DNA from: Candidatus Aenigmatarchaeota archaeon
GTDB taxonomy: Archaea > Aenigmatarchaeota > Aenigmatarchaeia > CG10238-14 > SCSR01
Direction of reading: 5' to 3'
Length of the DNA stretch: 64,000 nt
Assembly (NCBI GenBank): GCA_014238095.1
Contig: JABABT010000025.1
Location: 39,460 to 103,459, forward strand
The notes below the pieces were generated by a model. It was given only the letters and a program-made list of their open reading frames with translations. It did no database searches and was not told where the DNA came from. Both the position numbers and the translations under genes were made by a program. Of the stretch, positions 53,278-64,000 are shown piece after piece; position 1 is the stretch's first letter; each line of letters starts with the position of its first letter.

Positions 53278-53799
53278 TTACATATTTTCTTTATTTTCTT
53301 CTGTGTTAGGTTTGATTTCTTCAGTTGAATTTACTGAATCAATTTTAACTTCTTCATTATTTTTTTCAGTTTTCATTTCTGTTGACTCTGTATCAGTTTT
53401 ATTTTCAGATTTATCTTCACATTTTGCAGAACATTCTGCAATAGCCTCATCTGAACTTTCACTGAGCTTTTTAGCTAGAGCGAATCTTTGTCTTACATCA
53501 GTAATTTCTATTTTTATTTTATCACCTTCTTTAGCTCCATCAATGAATACAACGAAATTTTTAACACGTGCAATTCCGTCTCCTCTTGAACCAGTTTCTG
53601 TTACTGCGACATCATATTCTTCTCCTGCTTTTATTGGTTTTGGTCTATCGTCTTCGAATCTTCTTCCGCCGCCGCTTCCGCCGCCGCCGAATCTTCTTCC
53701 ACCGCCGCCGCCGCCGAATCTTCTTCCGCCGCCGCTGCTGCTGCCAAATCTACCTCTACCATTTTCACTTCCAAAGTCTCCTCTTCTTTCAAATCTCAT
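53278..53799 (-). CDS. TRAM-domain RNA-binding protein with N-terminal Gly/Arg-rich (RFGGGG)n tail
   Basis: GEEYDVAVTETGSRGDGIARVKNFVVFIDGAKEGDKIKIEITDV is a TRAM fold. It is preceded by four GGGRRF repeats. Confidence 0.7.
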   Translation of the reverse strand: MRFERRGDFGSENGRGRFGSSSGGGRRFGGGGGGRRFGGGGSGGGRRFEDDRPKPIKAGEEYDVAVTETGSRGDGIARVKNFVVFIDGAKEGDKIKIEITDVRQRFALAKKLSESSDEAIAECSAKCEDKSENKTDTESTEMKTEKNNEEVKIDSVNSTEEIKPNTEENKENM

Positions 53800-54136
53800 T
53801 AATAATTCCTCCTTTTTAGTTTTAATTCAATTGGTTAGAAAATTAGATAGTCTAAAATCTTACCTTTTGATATAATTTTACTCGAAAATTATATATTTAA
53901 AGATATTTATATATTAGTCTTGTGTATAAATTCTAAAAATCTTAATATTTTAAACATAAAATTTATATCTTAGATTTTTTTAATAATAAATAATGAATTT
54001 TTACTTTTTGAACAAATATGTATCTTATATTACAATTATCTATAAAGTAAAAATAATTATTTTATAATAATTAATTTATTAAAAACTTCATATATTAAAA
54101 TATAAATAATAATTAATAAAAAATATAATTGATAAA

Positions 54137-54613
54137 ATGATATTAGATAAATTATATAATTCTTTGATGAAAAATATAAGGGAACAATTACCTCAAATAA
54201 AAGAATTGAAGAAAATTAAAGAAAAATATAATTCTAGAGCTAGAAAAATTTTTGATAAAAAAAGTAGTATAATATTTATAATAATTACTATATTTACAAA
54301 ATCTATTCCATTAGTATATATAATTGGAGATGGTTTATATTCATGGAAATTATATAAAAATCAACAAATTAAAGAACATATATTAAGATTATTCAGAATA
54401 TTAATAGGTATTATTTGGTTTGTTGGTATCTTAAATCCAATAATTGCTGGTTCATTACTTATAATTGACGGATCATATTCTATATTTAGATATCGTTATT
54501 ATAATGTTACAAAAAGTATTATTGAAGATTCAACTCGTTTTATAAGAATTTTTGTTGGAATTTTAATAATAAGTCCATTACCATTAACATTATCTTCATT
54601 TTGGGTATTTTAA
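54137..54613 (+). CDS. hypothetical membrane protein
   Basis: 158 aa with several hydrophobic helices. Confidence 0.4.
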   Translation: MILDKLYNSLMKNIREQLPQIKELKKIKEKYNSRARKIFDKKSSIIFIIITIFTKSIPLVYIIGDGLYSWKLYKNQQIKEHILRLFRILIGIIWFVGILNPIIAGSLLIIDGSYSIFRYRYYNVTKSIIEDSTRFIRIFVGILIISPLPLTLSSFWVF

Positions 54614-54774
54614 TTTAGTTGTGTAATATTTGAACTCATAAATATTTTTACTATTAATTTTCGAAATTTATTTGAAGAAAAATCCTCAAATGTTATATAT
54701 AATATTGATTACATAATTTTAATAATATTTTATCTAAAAATAATATTGAAATTTAGATTGATAATATTGGAATA

Positions 54775-55458
54775 TTATTTAGGTATAATTGATGTTTTTT
54801 TTACAATAATATATCCACTAGAAGTTTTTGAATCCCAAAACTTATCAAAATCATTAATAATAATTTTGTTTTTAAATATAGGAGAATTTTCAACAAAAGA
54901 TTCTGCTTCTCCACCTTCAAATTGAATATTAAAGGGTTTTTTAATTGACATTTTCTTTAATTCTTTTATATTTTCAAAATTTAATTTTTTACCAAGCCAA
55001 GATTCATCTAATGCATTAGTAGCAACTGCCACAATAATTATATCAAGTCCTTCTTTTAATTCTTCTTTTAGAAGTTCATAAGCATCTTTTCCCCATAATG
55101 GAGATATATTTACCAAACCAAGACTATCACAAATAGAGTCTATTCTACTTTTTTGATAATTACTAGAAACAGCTCCAGTTAAAACACCATCTATTTTCCC
55201 TTTTAAGTTTTTTAAAACATTTTTTAAATCCTCTAATTCTTCATATTTATTACCAGAACTTTTCTTAATTATGTGTTTTATTCCAATTGATTCTGCTTGA
55301 AATTTAGTTAATTTTATACATGGATAATGGAACATATACGAATCTTCTCTTTTAGGAAAAATTGTAATTAAATGAGTTATTTCATTACCATCTTTTTTTG
55401 CTTTTATTATAGCAAATGTTGAATCTTTACCTCCAGAATATAATGCTGCTAACTTCAT
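54775..55458 (-). CDS. PP-loop ATPase, diphthine-ammonia ligase (Dph6/MJ0570-like)
   Basis: ALYSGGKDST PP-loop. ~227 aa alpha/beta protein of the MJ0570 family. Confidence 0.6.
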   Translation of the reverse strand: MKLAALYSGGKDSTFAIIKAKKDGNEITHLITIFPKREDSYMFHYPCIKLTKFQAESIGIKHIIKKSSGNKYEELEDLKNVLKNLKGKIDGVLTGAVSSNYQKSRIDSICDSLGLVNISPLWGKDAYELLKEELKEGLDIIIVAVATNALDESWLGKKLNFENIKELKKMSIKKPFNIQFEGGEAESFVENSPIFKNKIIINDFDKFWDSKTSSGYIIVKKTSIIPK

Positions 55459-55486
55459 ACAATATTATTTCTATTCATAATGTTAA

Positions 55487-57028
55487 ATGTTAATTATGAA
55501 TTTATTTAATGAAGATAAATTGAATGTTCGGGATTATCAAGAAAAAATTTCGAATTCTGCTTTAGAAAAAAATACATTAGTTGTAATACCAACGGGTATG
55601 GGTAAAACTCTTATATCAATATTAATTAGTACTAAAACATTAGAAAAATTTCCAAATAGTAAAATTCTGATTACTGCACCAACACGTCCATTAAATGATC
55701 AGCATAAAAAAAACTTTGAAAAATTTACTAAAATTAACAAAAATGAAATAGTGCTTGTTACTGGAAAAATTCCACCTAAAGAAAGAGAATCTATATATAA
55801 AAAATCTAAAATAATAATTGCAACACCACAAACAATTGAAAATGATTTACAAAATGAAAAATTAAATCTAAAAGAATTTTCTTTTATAACATTTGATGAG
55901 GCTCATAGAGCTGTTAAAGATTATTCTTATTCTTATATTGCAAAAAAATTTATGATACAATCAAAAAATCCTTTAATTTTAGGTCTTACAGCATCTCCTG
56001 GTGGAACAAAAGATAAAATAAATGAAATATGTAATAATTTATTCATTAAATCAGTTGAAGTTAGAACAGACTTAGATTTAGAAAAATATGTTAAAAAAAA
56101 TGAAAAGAATTATATAAAAGTTGAATTTCCGAAAGAATTTGAAAAAATAAGAGATATTTTCAAATATATTTTAAATGATAATATAAGTTGGTTAAAAGAT
56201 AAACATTATATACATACAAAAATTCCTGGAAAAAAAATATTAATTGCAGTTCAAAATGAAATGTCAAGAAAATATACAGAAACAAAAAATTTTATTTATA
56301 TATTACCATTAATGCGTTCTATTGAAGCAATAAAAATTAGTCATGCTATTGAATTAATTGAAACTCAAGGTATTTCTGTTCTTAAAGAATATATTAAAAA
56401 AATTCAGAAAAGTAGTAAAAAAACAGATGAAAAAATGATGAAAAATACACATTTCATAGAGGCTATTGAATTAATTAATAAATTAGATGAGGAAAAATTA
56501 GATCATCCAAAATTTGATAAGTTAATTGAAATTATAAAAGAAATATTAGTTGAAAATTCTAAATCAAAAATTATAATATTTGCAAATTTTAGATATACAG
56601 TTGAAAAAATTAAAAAATATTTAGAAAAAGAAAAAATATTAACTGATGTATTAATTGGTCAGTCTATGAAAAATGGGAATGGTATGTCACAAAAAAAACA
56701 GATAGAAACTCTTAATAAATTTAGAAATGGTGATTTTAATGTTCTTTGTGGAACTTCTGTAAGTGAAGAAGGAATTGATATACCTTCAGTTGATTATGCA
56801 ATATTTTATGAAACTGTTCCAAGTGAAATTAGATCTATACAAAGAAGAGGAAGAGTTGGAAGGCAATCTTTTGGTAAAACTATTTTCTTAATTACAAAAG
56901 ATACAAGAGATGAAACATATTTATTTACATCTAATAAAAAAGAAAAAGAAATGTATAATATTTTGAAAAAAATACAAGAAAATAAAAAATTAAATAAGAA
57001 AAAAACTTTAATAGATTGGATAAAATGA
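55487..57028 (+). CDS. Hef/FANCM-like SF2 helicase (helicase domain only, no nuclease)
   Basis: Motif I PTGMGKT, motif II FDEAHRAV, and motif VI QRRGRVGRQ. Confidence 0.75.
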   Translation: MLIMNLFNEDKLNVRDYQEKISNSALEKNTLVVIPTGMGKTLISILISTKTLEKFPNSKILITAPTRPLNDQHKKNFEKFTKINKNEIVLVTGKIPPKERESIYKKSKIIIATPQTIENDLQNEKLNLKEFSFITFDEAHRAVKDYSYSYIAKKFMIQSKNPLILGLTASPGGTKDKINEICNNLFIKSVEVRTDLDLEKYVKKNEKNYIKVEFPKEFEKIRDIFKYILNDNISWLKDKHYIHTKIPGKKILIAVQNEMSRKYTETKNFIYILPLMRSIEAIKISHAIELIETQGISVLKEYIKKIQKSSKKTDEKMMKNTHFIEAIELINKLDEEKLDHPKFDKLIEIIKEILVENSKSKIIIFANFRYTVEKIKKYLEKEKILTDVLIGQSMKNGNGMSQKKQIETLNKFRNGDFNVLCGTSVSEEGIDIPSVDYAIFYETVPSEIRSIQRRGRVGRQSFGKTIFLITKDTRDETYLFTSNKKEKEMYNILKKIQENKKLNKKKTLIDWIK

Positions 57029-57549
57029 AAAATAAAATAAATGATTTAAAAAATATTTTATGGTTTCTAGTAAAATTAAATATTTTATCTATACCATTAT
57101 ATATTGTAATTTATTTTAATTTTTCTATACCAATAATTCAAGATTTTTGGGCTATATTTCTAAAAAATTCATTATCTTTTTTGGGATATATTACTGAAGT
57201 AGAATCAAATATTATAGCTGTTAATTTTGAGAATAAAATATATGAAATAAATTTTTCATGGGATTCGACTGGTTGGAAATCATTTTATATAATGATATCT
57301 TTAGTAATATCTTCTGGTATAGGTACAATTAAATATAAATTAAAATTTCTTGCTATTGCTTTGCCAACAATAATTTTAATAAATATAATTAGAGTTATAT
57401 CAACAGTAATATTATCTTTAAATTTTGGTTTTGATAATTTTGATTTTATACATACATTTTTATGGAGTAGTCTAATGATTATATTGATAATAATTATTTG
57501 GTATTTATTTTTTGTAAAATTAAACAAGTATAAAAATAATAATATGTAA
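57016..57549 (+). CDS. exosortase/archaeosortase-like polytopic membrane protein (putative; Ser in place of active-site Cys)
   Basis: FSWDSTGWKSF aligns to the A-C-S-G-L-R-S motif and NIIRVIST to the conserved NxxR motif. 13-nt overlap with the Hef gene. Confidence 0.3.
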   Translation: MDKMKNKINDLKNILWFLVKLNILSIPLYIVIYFNFSIPIIQDFWAIFLKNSLSFLGYITEVESNIIAVNFENKIYEINFSWDSTGWKSFYIMISLVISSGIGTIKYKLKFLAIALPTIILINIIRVISTVILSLNFGFDNFDFIHTFLWSSLMIILIIIIWYLFFVKLNKYKNNNM

Positions 57550-57564
57550 AAATAATATATTATT

Positions 57565-58455
57565 ATGGTTAAGAAAAATATTAAGAAAATTTCTAATAAA
57601 AATGTTATTAAGAAAGGTAATAATAAAAATGTAGATAAAATTATTAAGAAGAATGATAAAAAAATTGGTAAAAATGAAAAAAGAATTGAAAAATTAGAAA
57701 ATTCTATTAAATATATAAAAAATATAATTGAAGATGTAGAGAATATTATATCATTAGAAAATAAAGGTATAATTGAAGTAAAAAAAATGTTCAAAGAAAA
57801 ATATAATTTAGATGATAATCATATAAACAATTTAAATGAATTAAAAATTAGAATGGAAGATATGGAAAAAATTGTACAAAAAATACAAAATTTGGAAAAC
57901 TATACAGATTATGGAAATAATGAAATTAAGAAATCTATATCTAATATAGAAATTAAAATAAAAAGTATGGATATAGATGAAATAAAAGGCAATATAATAA
58001 AAATAAGTAGAATAATGACAGAATTACAAGATGATATTTCATATCTTAAAAAGAAGGAAAATATTTCAAATTTAAAAGAAATTAATGAAAAGGTAAGTAG
58101 AATGGAAAATAAAATTGAAATTATTAGTAAAAAATCATCTATGGAAGATTTTAGTGATATAGAAATAAAATTTAAAAACATTAATAATGATTTAAATGAA
58201 TTAAAAAATGGAATTAAATATAAAAATAATGATGTATTAAATATTGAAAATAATTCTAATAATAATTTTGACATGAAAAAAGAATTGAATATATTAAAAG
58301 ATAAAATAAATGAAAAAAATATTAAACCAATTGAATTAATTGAAATGGAATTTTCTGATATGTCTGGAAGAATAATTGCTTTAGAAACAAGATTAGGAAG
58401 AATTGAAAATATATTAGAAAATTTAGGTTCAAAAAAACCTTTAATTTTAGAGTAA
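57565..58455 (+). CDS. K/N/E-rich coiled-coil protein
   Basis: 296 aa, predicted fully alpha-helical with heptad character. Confidence 0.45.
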   Translation: MVKKNIKKISNKNVIKKGNNKNVDKIIKKNDKKIGKNEKRIEKLENSIKYIKNIIEDVENIISLENKGIIEVKKMFKEKYNLDDNHINNLNELKIRMEDMEKIVQKIQNLENYTDYGNNEIKKSISNIEIKIKSMDIDEIKGNIIKISRIMTELQDDISYLKKKENISNLKEINEKVSRMENKIEIISKKSSMEDFSDIEIKFKNINNDLNELKNGIKYKNNDVLNIENNSNNNFDMKKELNILKDKINEKNIKPIELIEMEFSDMSGRIIALETRLGRIENILENLGSKKPLILE

Positions 58456-58491
58456 GTAATGTTTTTAAACTAAATTGTACTATATTATAAA

Positions 58492-60711
58492 ATGCCTATT
58501 GGTAAAACTGTAATAATAACAGAAAAGCCTGATGCAATGAAAAAAATTGCAAATGCTCTTTCTAATGGAAAAGCAAAAAAAATAGAAAAAAGAAATGGTT
58601 TTTGGTTTGAATTTACATATGGAAAAGAAAAAATAATTGTAGGATGTGCTGTAGGTCATTTATTTGGTCTTGATACCATTAAAGATGGAAGTGGATGGAA
58701 ATATCCTACATTTAATGTTGAATGGATTCCTTCTCATACAAAAAAAGGTCATGAATTTTCTAAAAAATATTATGAAAATATGGAAGAAATTGTAAAAAAA
58801 GGTAAAAAATTTATTATAGCAACAGATTATGATACTGAAGGTAGTGTTATCGGTTATAATATACTTAAAATATTATGTGGAAAAGAAGATGCTAAAAGAA
58901 TGAAATTTTCTACAATGACTAAAGATGAATTAATTAATTCTTATGAAAATATGGAAAAACATATAGATTCAAATCAAATTGAATCTGGATTAACAAGACA
59001 TTATTTAGATTTTTTTTGGGGTATAAATCTTACACGTGCTCTTACTATTGCAATAAAAAATTCTGATAAAAAAGGTTTTGCTATTTTATCAACTGGACGT
59101 GTACAAGGTCCAACTCTTGCAATGTTATATGAAAAAGAACAAGAAATTAAAAAATTCAATTCAAAAAAATTTTGGGAAATTGAATCTAATTTAAAAATTG
59201 GTAAATTAAATTTTACAGCACCATTTGAAAAATCAAAAATTTGGAATAAAAATGAAGTTGATAAAATATTAGTAAAATTAAAATCTAAAAATGGAATAGT
59301 TAAATCAATAAAAAAAAGAGAATATAAACAAAAACCACCAATTCCATTTAATACAACAGAATTGCAATCAGAATGTTATTCACAATATAAATATTCTCCA
59401 ACTCAAACATTATCTATTGCTGAAAGTTTGTATCAAAAAGGTTACATATCTTATCCAAGATCTTCATCACAAAAACTACCTTCTAATATTAATTATAAAA
59501 AAATAATCAGATCACTTGGTAATTTAAAATCTTATACTAAATTTGCTCAGGATATTTTAGGTAAAGAAGTTCTTATTCCAAATGAAGGAAAAAAGATTGA
59601 TCCTGCACATCCTGCAGTATATCCAACATTTGAAATTCCAAATCCAAAAAATCTAACATCACAACAAAAAAAAATATATGATTTAATTGTAAGAAGATTT
59701 CTTTCTGTTTTTGGAAGCAATTCTATTAGAGAAAGTAATACAATAAAAATTGATATCAATGGAAATATATTTAATTTAGTTGGAAAAAGAACACTTATTT
59801 CTGGCTGGACTGAATATTATAAACCTTATATGTCAACTGAAGAAATAATTTTACCTAAAATTGAAATTGGAAATAAAATAAAAGTAAATAAAATAAAATC
59901 AACTCAAAAAAATACTCAACCTCCTCCAAGATATAATCAAGGTTCTATTTTAAAAGAAATGGAAAGTAGAAACTTAGGTACAAAAGCTACAAGAGCAGAA
60001 ATATTAAGAACATTATATTCAAGAAGATATATTCTTGGTCAAAGTATAAAAATGACAAAGCTTGGTGAATCTGTTGTAATAGCATTGAATTCTTATGCAC
60101 CAAAAATAATAAGTGAAGATTTGACAAAAAAAATGGAAATGGAAACTGAAAAAATTTTGGAAGGAAAATTAAGTAAAGAAACTGTTATTAGAAGAGCAAA
60201 AAAAACTTTAATAGATATTTTAAAAGATTTTAAAAAAAATGAAAAGAAAATTGGAAATAAATTAATTGAAGGATTATTAGATGCCAGAGAAGAAGAAAAT
60301 AAAATGGGTGAATGTGTTGTTTGTAAAGATGGTCAAATGAAAATTTTAAGATCAAGATTTAGTGGAAAATTTTTTGTTGGTTGTTCTAATTATTTCCGCT
60401 GTAAAAAATGTCATTTTACAAGAAAAGCATGTAAATGTAAATGTAAAATTTGTAAAGATATAAAAGGAAAATGTAAATGTTCTTGGAAAGATAAAATTTG
60501 GAATCCAACATGTCAAACAGGTTATCCATTACCAGGACATGCAAGAAATATGGCAACTGGGAAAAAATGTAACAAATGTTCAACAATGATTATTAATGTG
60601 ATTAGGGCAGGTAAAAGACCATTCCGTATGTGTCTTGATCCAAAATGTGAAACCAAAAAAGATTGGGGTAAAAAGAAAAAAAATACAAATAAAACTAAAA
60701 AGAAAATTTAG
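58492..60711 (+). CDS. topA: type IA DNA topoisomerase with C-terminal Zn-ribbon repeats
   Basis: Toprim N-terminus, active-site GYISYPRSSS, and multiple CxxC C-terminal motifs. Confidence 0.85.
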   Translation: MPIGKTVIITEKPDAMKKIANALSNGKAKKIEKRNGFWFEFTYGKEKIIVGCAVGHLFGLDTIKDGSGWKYPTFNVEWIPSHTKKGHEFSKKYYENMEEIVKKGKKFIIATDYDTEGSVIGYNILKILCGKEDAKRMKFSTMTKDELINSYENMEKHIDSNQIESGLTRHYLDFFWGINLTRALTIAIKNSDKKGFAILSTGRVQGPTLAMLYEKEQEIKKFNSKKFWEIESNLKIGKLNFTAPFEKSKIWNKNEVDKILVKLKSKNGIVKSIKKREYKQKPPIPFNTTELQSECYSQYKYSPTQTLSIAESLYQKGYISYPRSSSQKLPSNINYKKIIRSLGNLKSYTKFAQDILGKEVLIPNEGKKIDPAHPAVYPTFEIPNPKNLTSQQKKIYDLIVRRFLSVFGSNSIRESNTIKIDINGNIFNLVGKRTLISGWTEYYKPYMSTEEIILPKIEIGNKIKVNKIKSTQKNTQPPPRYNQGSILKEMESRNLGTKATRAEILRTLYSRRYILGQSIKMTKLGESVVIALNSYAPKIISEDLTKKMEMETEKILEGKLSKETVIRRAKKTLIDILKDFKKNEKKIGNKLIEGLLDAREEENKMGECVVCKDGQMKILRSRFSGKFFVGCSNYFRCKKCHFTRKACKCKCKICKDIKGKCKCSWKDKIWNPTCQTGYPLPGHARNMATGKKCNKCSTMIINVIRAGKRPFRMCLDPKCETKKDWGKKKKNTNKTKKKI

Positions 60712-60761
60712 TCTACTATAGTAACAAAAACTTTATATATTAGTCTACCCATATACACTAA

Positions 60762-61121
60762 ATGGGTGAAAATAAAAAATATAAGAAAAAAGTAATTATG
60801 TTTACATTCAATATGAAAAGAGAAAATGTTAGTAATTCTGAAAAGACAAAATTTTTCAAAGAATTATATGGATGGACTCAAACTGTTCCAAGTGGAAGGA
60901 AAAAATATGTTTATCATCGTGAGGGTGTTTTAGAAGAAATGCCACATGAAAAAATAAATCAATCTTCTTTTGTAATACCAGAAGATAATATGAATGAAAT
61001 GATGGATTTTTTTGATGAATGGAGTAAAAAGGTTATGATGAGAAGTTTCACAATTTTAAACGATAATTCTTTTTTCAAAGGTTTTAATATGAAGAAAAGA
61101 AAATTATCAATGGAGGAATAA
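60762..61121 (+). CDS. hypothetical protein
   Basis: 119-aa ORF with no recognisable motif. Confidence 0.4.
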   Translation: MGENKKYKKKVIMFTFNMKRENVSNSEKTKFFKELYGWTQTVPSGRKKYVYHREGVLEEMPHEKINQSSFVIPEDNMNEMMDFFDEWSKKVMMRSFTILNDNSFFKGFNMKKRKLSMEE

Positions 61122-61123
61122 AT

Positions 61124-63454
61124 TTGTTAGGAAGTAGAGATAAAGATAACAAAGAACCAATAAAATTGAAAATTGGTGAACTTACAGCAAGAGAAGAGGC
61201 TGGAAGAGGAATTGTTAGAATTGATTCTAATAATATGAAAAAAATAAATATTAAAGAAGGAGACGTTGTTGAAATAGAAGGAGGGAAAAAAACAGCAGCT
61301 ATTGCAGTCAGATGTTATCCTGCAGATGTAGGATTGGATTTATTAAGAATGGATGGTATTACAAGAAGAAATTGTGGAGCAGGTGTTGGTGAAATAATAA
61401 AAATAAAAAAAGCTGATATTAAAGAAGCAAAAAAGGTTGTTATTGCTCCTGCTGAAAATGGAATGACTATACATATTAATCCTAATTTGATAAAACAAAA
61501 TATTTATATGAGACCTGTTTTTAAAGGTGATATAATAATTCCGTCACCAGTTGTTAAAAAACAATCTAGAGGTGGTAATAATATTTTTGAAGAATTTTTC
61601 GGTGTGGATTTTGAAGATTTATTTTTTTCACCAGGTATAGGAGAAACAAGATTTATTGTTGTAAAAAATGAACCTGATGGAATTGTAAAAATAACTGATT
61701 TAACTGAATTAGAAATTTTATCAGAATTACCAGAATCAATGAAAATGGAAAATAGAAATGTGCCAAATGTAACATATGAAGATATTGGTGGATTAAAACC
61801 TATAATGAAAAAAGTACGTGAAATGATTGAATTACCATTAAGACATCCTGAATTATTTGAACGTCTTGGAGTAGAACCACCAAAAGGAGTTTTATTATAT
61901 GGTCCACCTGGAACTGGAAAAACATTACTTGCAAAAGCTGTTGCAAGTGAAAGTGGTGCGAACTTTATTTCTATAAGTGGTCCAGAATTTATGTCAAAAT
62001 GGTATGGACAATCTGAAGAAAATTTGAGAAAAATTTTTGAAGAAGCAGAAAAAAACGCACCATCAATCATATTCATTGATGAAATTGATTCAATAGCACC
62101 AAAAAGAGAAGAGGCACAAGGAGAAGTTGAAAGAAGAATTGTTTCGCAATTATTAACTTTACTTGATGGATTAAAGAAAAGAGGAAAAATAATTTTAATT
62201 GCAGCTACAAATAGACCAAATGCTATTGATCCTGCATTAAGAAGAGGTGGAAGATTTGATCGTGAAATTGAAATACCAGTTCCTGATAGAAATGGTAGGA
62301 AAGAAATATTGAAAATACATACAAGAAGCATGCCATTAAAGAATGTGGATATTGATTATTTAGCTGATATAACTTATGGTTATGTTGGTGCTGATTTGTG
62401 GACACTTGCAAAAGAAGCTGCGATGTCATCATTAAGAAGAATTTTACCAGAAATAAAATGGAAAGAAGAAGAAGAAATTCCTAAAGAAATAATAGAAAAA
62501 TTAATTGTAAAAAAAATAGATTTTGAAGAAGCTTTGAAAGTTGTTGAACCTTCTGCAATGAGAGAAGTTCTTGTAGAAATTCCAAAAGTAAAATGGAATG
62601 ATATTGGTGGATTAAAAGAAGTGAAACAAGCACTTATTGAAATGGTTGAATGGCCATTATTAAATCCTGAAAGTTTTAATAAAATGGGAATACGTCCTCC
62701 TCGTGGAATTCTTTTATATGGTCCACCTGGAACTGGAAAAACATTACTTGCAAAAGCTGTTGCAAGTGAAAGTGGTGCGAACTTTATTTCTGTTAAAGGA
62801 CCAGAACTAAAAAGTAAATGGGTTGGGGAATCAGAGAAAAAGATTCGAGAATTGTTTAAACGTGCAAGACAAGTTGCACCTACAGTTATATTTTTTGATG
62901 AAATTGATGCACTTACTCCTAGAAGAGGTTCTGTTGGGCAAGAAAATGTTTCAGAAGGAATAGTATCTCAATTATTAACAGAATTATCTGGTCTTGAAGA
63001 TTTGAAAGGTGTAACTATAATTGCAGCTACAAATAGACCAGATATTATTGATCCTGGTATATTAAGACCTGGAAGATTTGATAGACATATAATGGTACCA
63101 GCTCCAGATTATGATGCAAGATTAGAAATATTGAAAGTACATACAAAAAATATGCCATTAAAAGGTGTGAAATTAAAAGATATTGCAAAAGAATTAAGTA
63201 ATTATTCTGGAGCTGATATAGAATCACTTTGTAGAGAAGCTGCAATGAATGCATTAAGAGAAAATTTCAAAAAAACAAGTACTTCTGAAAAAGATTTTGA
63301 TAATATAATAACAAATAAACATTTCATAGATGCATTAAAAAAAGTTAAACCAAGTATATCAAAAAGTGTGAAAAAATTCTATGATGATTTTATTGAAAGA
63401 CATAGTAAGATTCACACAACAACAGAAGAACCAATACCTGGATATATTGGATAA
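61124..63454 (+). CDS. cdc48: CDC48/VCP-like AAA+ ATPase (N domain + two AAA modules)
   Basis: Two GPPGTGKT Walker A motifs plus DEID Walker B motifs, and an N-domain [11 protein letters not shown] start at 61124. Confidence 0.9.
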   Translation: MLGSRDKDNKEPIKLKIGELTAREEAGRGIVRIDSNNMKKINIKEGDVVEIEGGKKTAAIAVRCYPADVGLDLLRMDGITRRNCGAGVGEIIKIKKADIKEAKKVVIAPAENGMTIHINPNLIKQNIYMRPVFKGDIIIPSPVVKKQSRGGNNIFEEFFGVDFEDLFFSPGIGETRFIVVKNEPDGIVKITDLTELEILSELPESMKMENRNVPNVTYEDIGGLKPIMKKVREMIELPLRHPELFERLGVEPPKGVLLYGPPGTGKTLLAKAVASESGANFISISGPEFMSKWYGQSEENLRKIFEEAEKNAPSIIFIDEIDSIAPKREEAQGEVERRIVSQLLTLLDGLKKRGKIILIAATNRPNAIDPALRRGGRFDREIEIPVPDRNGRKEILKIHTRSMPLKNVDIDYLADITYGYVGADLWTLAKEAAMSSLRRILPEIKWKEEEEIPKEIIEKLIVKKIDFEEALKVVEPSAMREVLVEIPKVKWNDIGGLKEVKQALIEMVEWPLLNPESFNKMGIRPPRGILLYGPPGTGKTLLAKAVASESGANFISVKGPELKSKWVGESEKKIRELFKRARQVAPTVIFFDEIDALTPRRGSVGQENVSEGIVSQLLTELSGLEDLKGVTIIAATNRPDIIDPGILRPGRFDRHIMVPAPDYDARLEILKVHTKNMPLKGVKLKDIAKELSNYSGADIESLCREAAMNALRENFKKTSTSEKDFDNIITNKHFIDALKKVKPSISKSVKKFYDDFIERHSKIHTTTEEPIPGYIG

Positions 63455-63467
63455 ATAATTGAGTAAT

Positions 63468-63476
63468 TTTTTTTAT
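63468..63476 (+). terminator. oligo-T tract downstream of cdc48
   Basis: T8 run 14 nt after the stop codon. Confidence 0.3.
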
Positions 63477-64000
63477 AATATAAAAACATAAAATTATATT
63501 GAATAAAAATTATGATAATTTTTACTTATAATTTAATTTTTCTTTATTAGATAAATTTTAATATTTTTTTCTCATATTATTTTTAATATTTGAGTGATAC
63601 ATAAACTAAATAAATATTGTTGGATGATTATTGAAATTTAGATTTTGTATCATTTCTCAATAAAAAACAAATTATTATATTAATAAAACTCATATTGGGT
63701 CATCTTATTGAAGAATCATCCCCAATTAAGCTACCTTCAAAAAATTAAATGTAGATACGATAGGGCAAATGGAATTAATACTGTCGTTCCATACGACTAA
63801 ATTATGAACATTTTTGTTGGTTGATTCCATTTCTATCTAACTGAATATTCTCAATAGTTTATAAAAACTTTTCCCTATTATAGAATATAAATATCAATTA
63901 TAAATTAAATTATATTTTTTATATATTAGAATTAAAAAAATATTAAATTAAATAATTTAATTAAAAATAAAATTTAAATATATAATTATTGAAGTGATAA

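Noticed and set aside
53640-53760. GC-rich short tandem repeats (cgccgccgc...gaatcttcttcc) that superficially resemble a repeat array
   Set aside because: They are in frame inside a CDS and encode GGGRRF protein repeats. There are no spacers or regular repeat-spacer periodicity, so this is not a CRISPR array.
53303-53875. 190-aa plus-strand ORF with a PPPLPPPPNLLPPPPPP stretch, and the 83-aa ORF at 53568-53819
   Set aside because: They are antisense to the TRAM/GAR gene. The proline run is just the complement of the Gly/Arg codon repeats.
63770-63800. T-arm-like hairpin GTCG-TTCCATA-CGAC as part of a tRNA or split tRNA half
   Set aside because: No matching acceptor-stem complement or D-arm could be found within the expected distances on either strand.

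Overview
This is a very AT-rich window from an archaeal chromosome. The gene content is unambiguously archaeal: TFB, an HMf-type histone, aIF-5A with deoxyhypusine synthase, GatD/GatE, RpoN/RpoK, archaeal-type TyrRS, AdkA, r-proteins S4e/L44e/S27e, and RNase P subunit Rpp29 inside the L29-S17 cluster. The rRNA genes are unlinked, a tRNA carries an intron, the rRNAs carry insertions and the operons are eroded. Together these suggest a reduced-genome lineage such as DPANN (inference only). The window holds a partial ribosomal-protein operon (L29-SUI1-Rpp29-S17-L14-L24-S4e-L5-S14) that breaks off after S14 at an A24 prepilin-peptidase gene. It also holds SerRS, TyrRS, ArgRS, ApgM+enolase, TrkH, L44e-S27e, NDK+AdkA, an intron-containing tRNA(CAU), tRNA-His and tRNA-Ala. 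A 16S rRNA (about 21204-22758) and a 23S rRNA (about 29899-33155) each sit between their own processing-stem inverted repeats and are separated by about 7 kb of protein genes. Further genes are a P-type ATPase, CorA, TopA, a Hef-like helicase, a CDC48 AAA ATPase, two Obg-family GTPases, a Dph6-like ligase and a PduO-type adenosyltransferase. The most unusual content is fourfold. First, an unrecognisable five-gene module at 41.1-46.7 kb: a 2-TM peptide plus two large proteins, divergent from a paralogous pair and a repeat protein. Second, a tandem pair of Pol-beta-type nucleotidyltransferases next to a metallophosphoesterase. Third, a triple Cache-like sensor protein containing a near-identical ~393-bp intragenic duplication. 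Fourth, a TRAM protein carrying a eukaryote-like RGG/GAR tail. No CRISPR array was seen.
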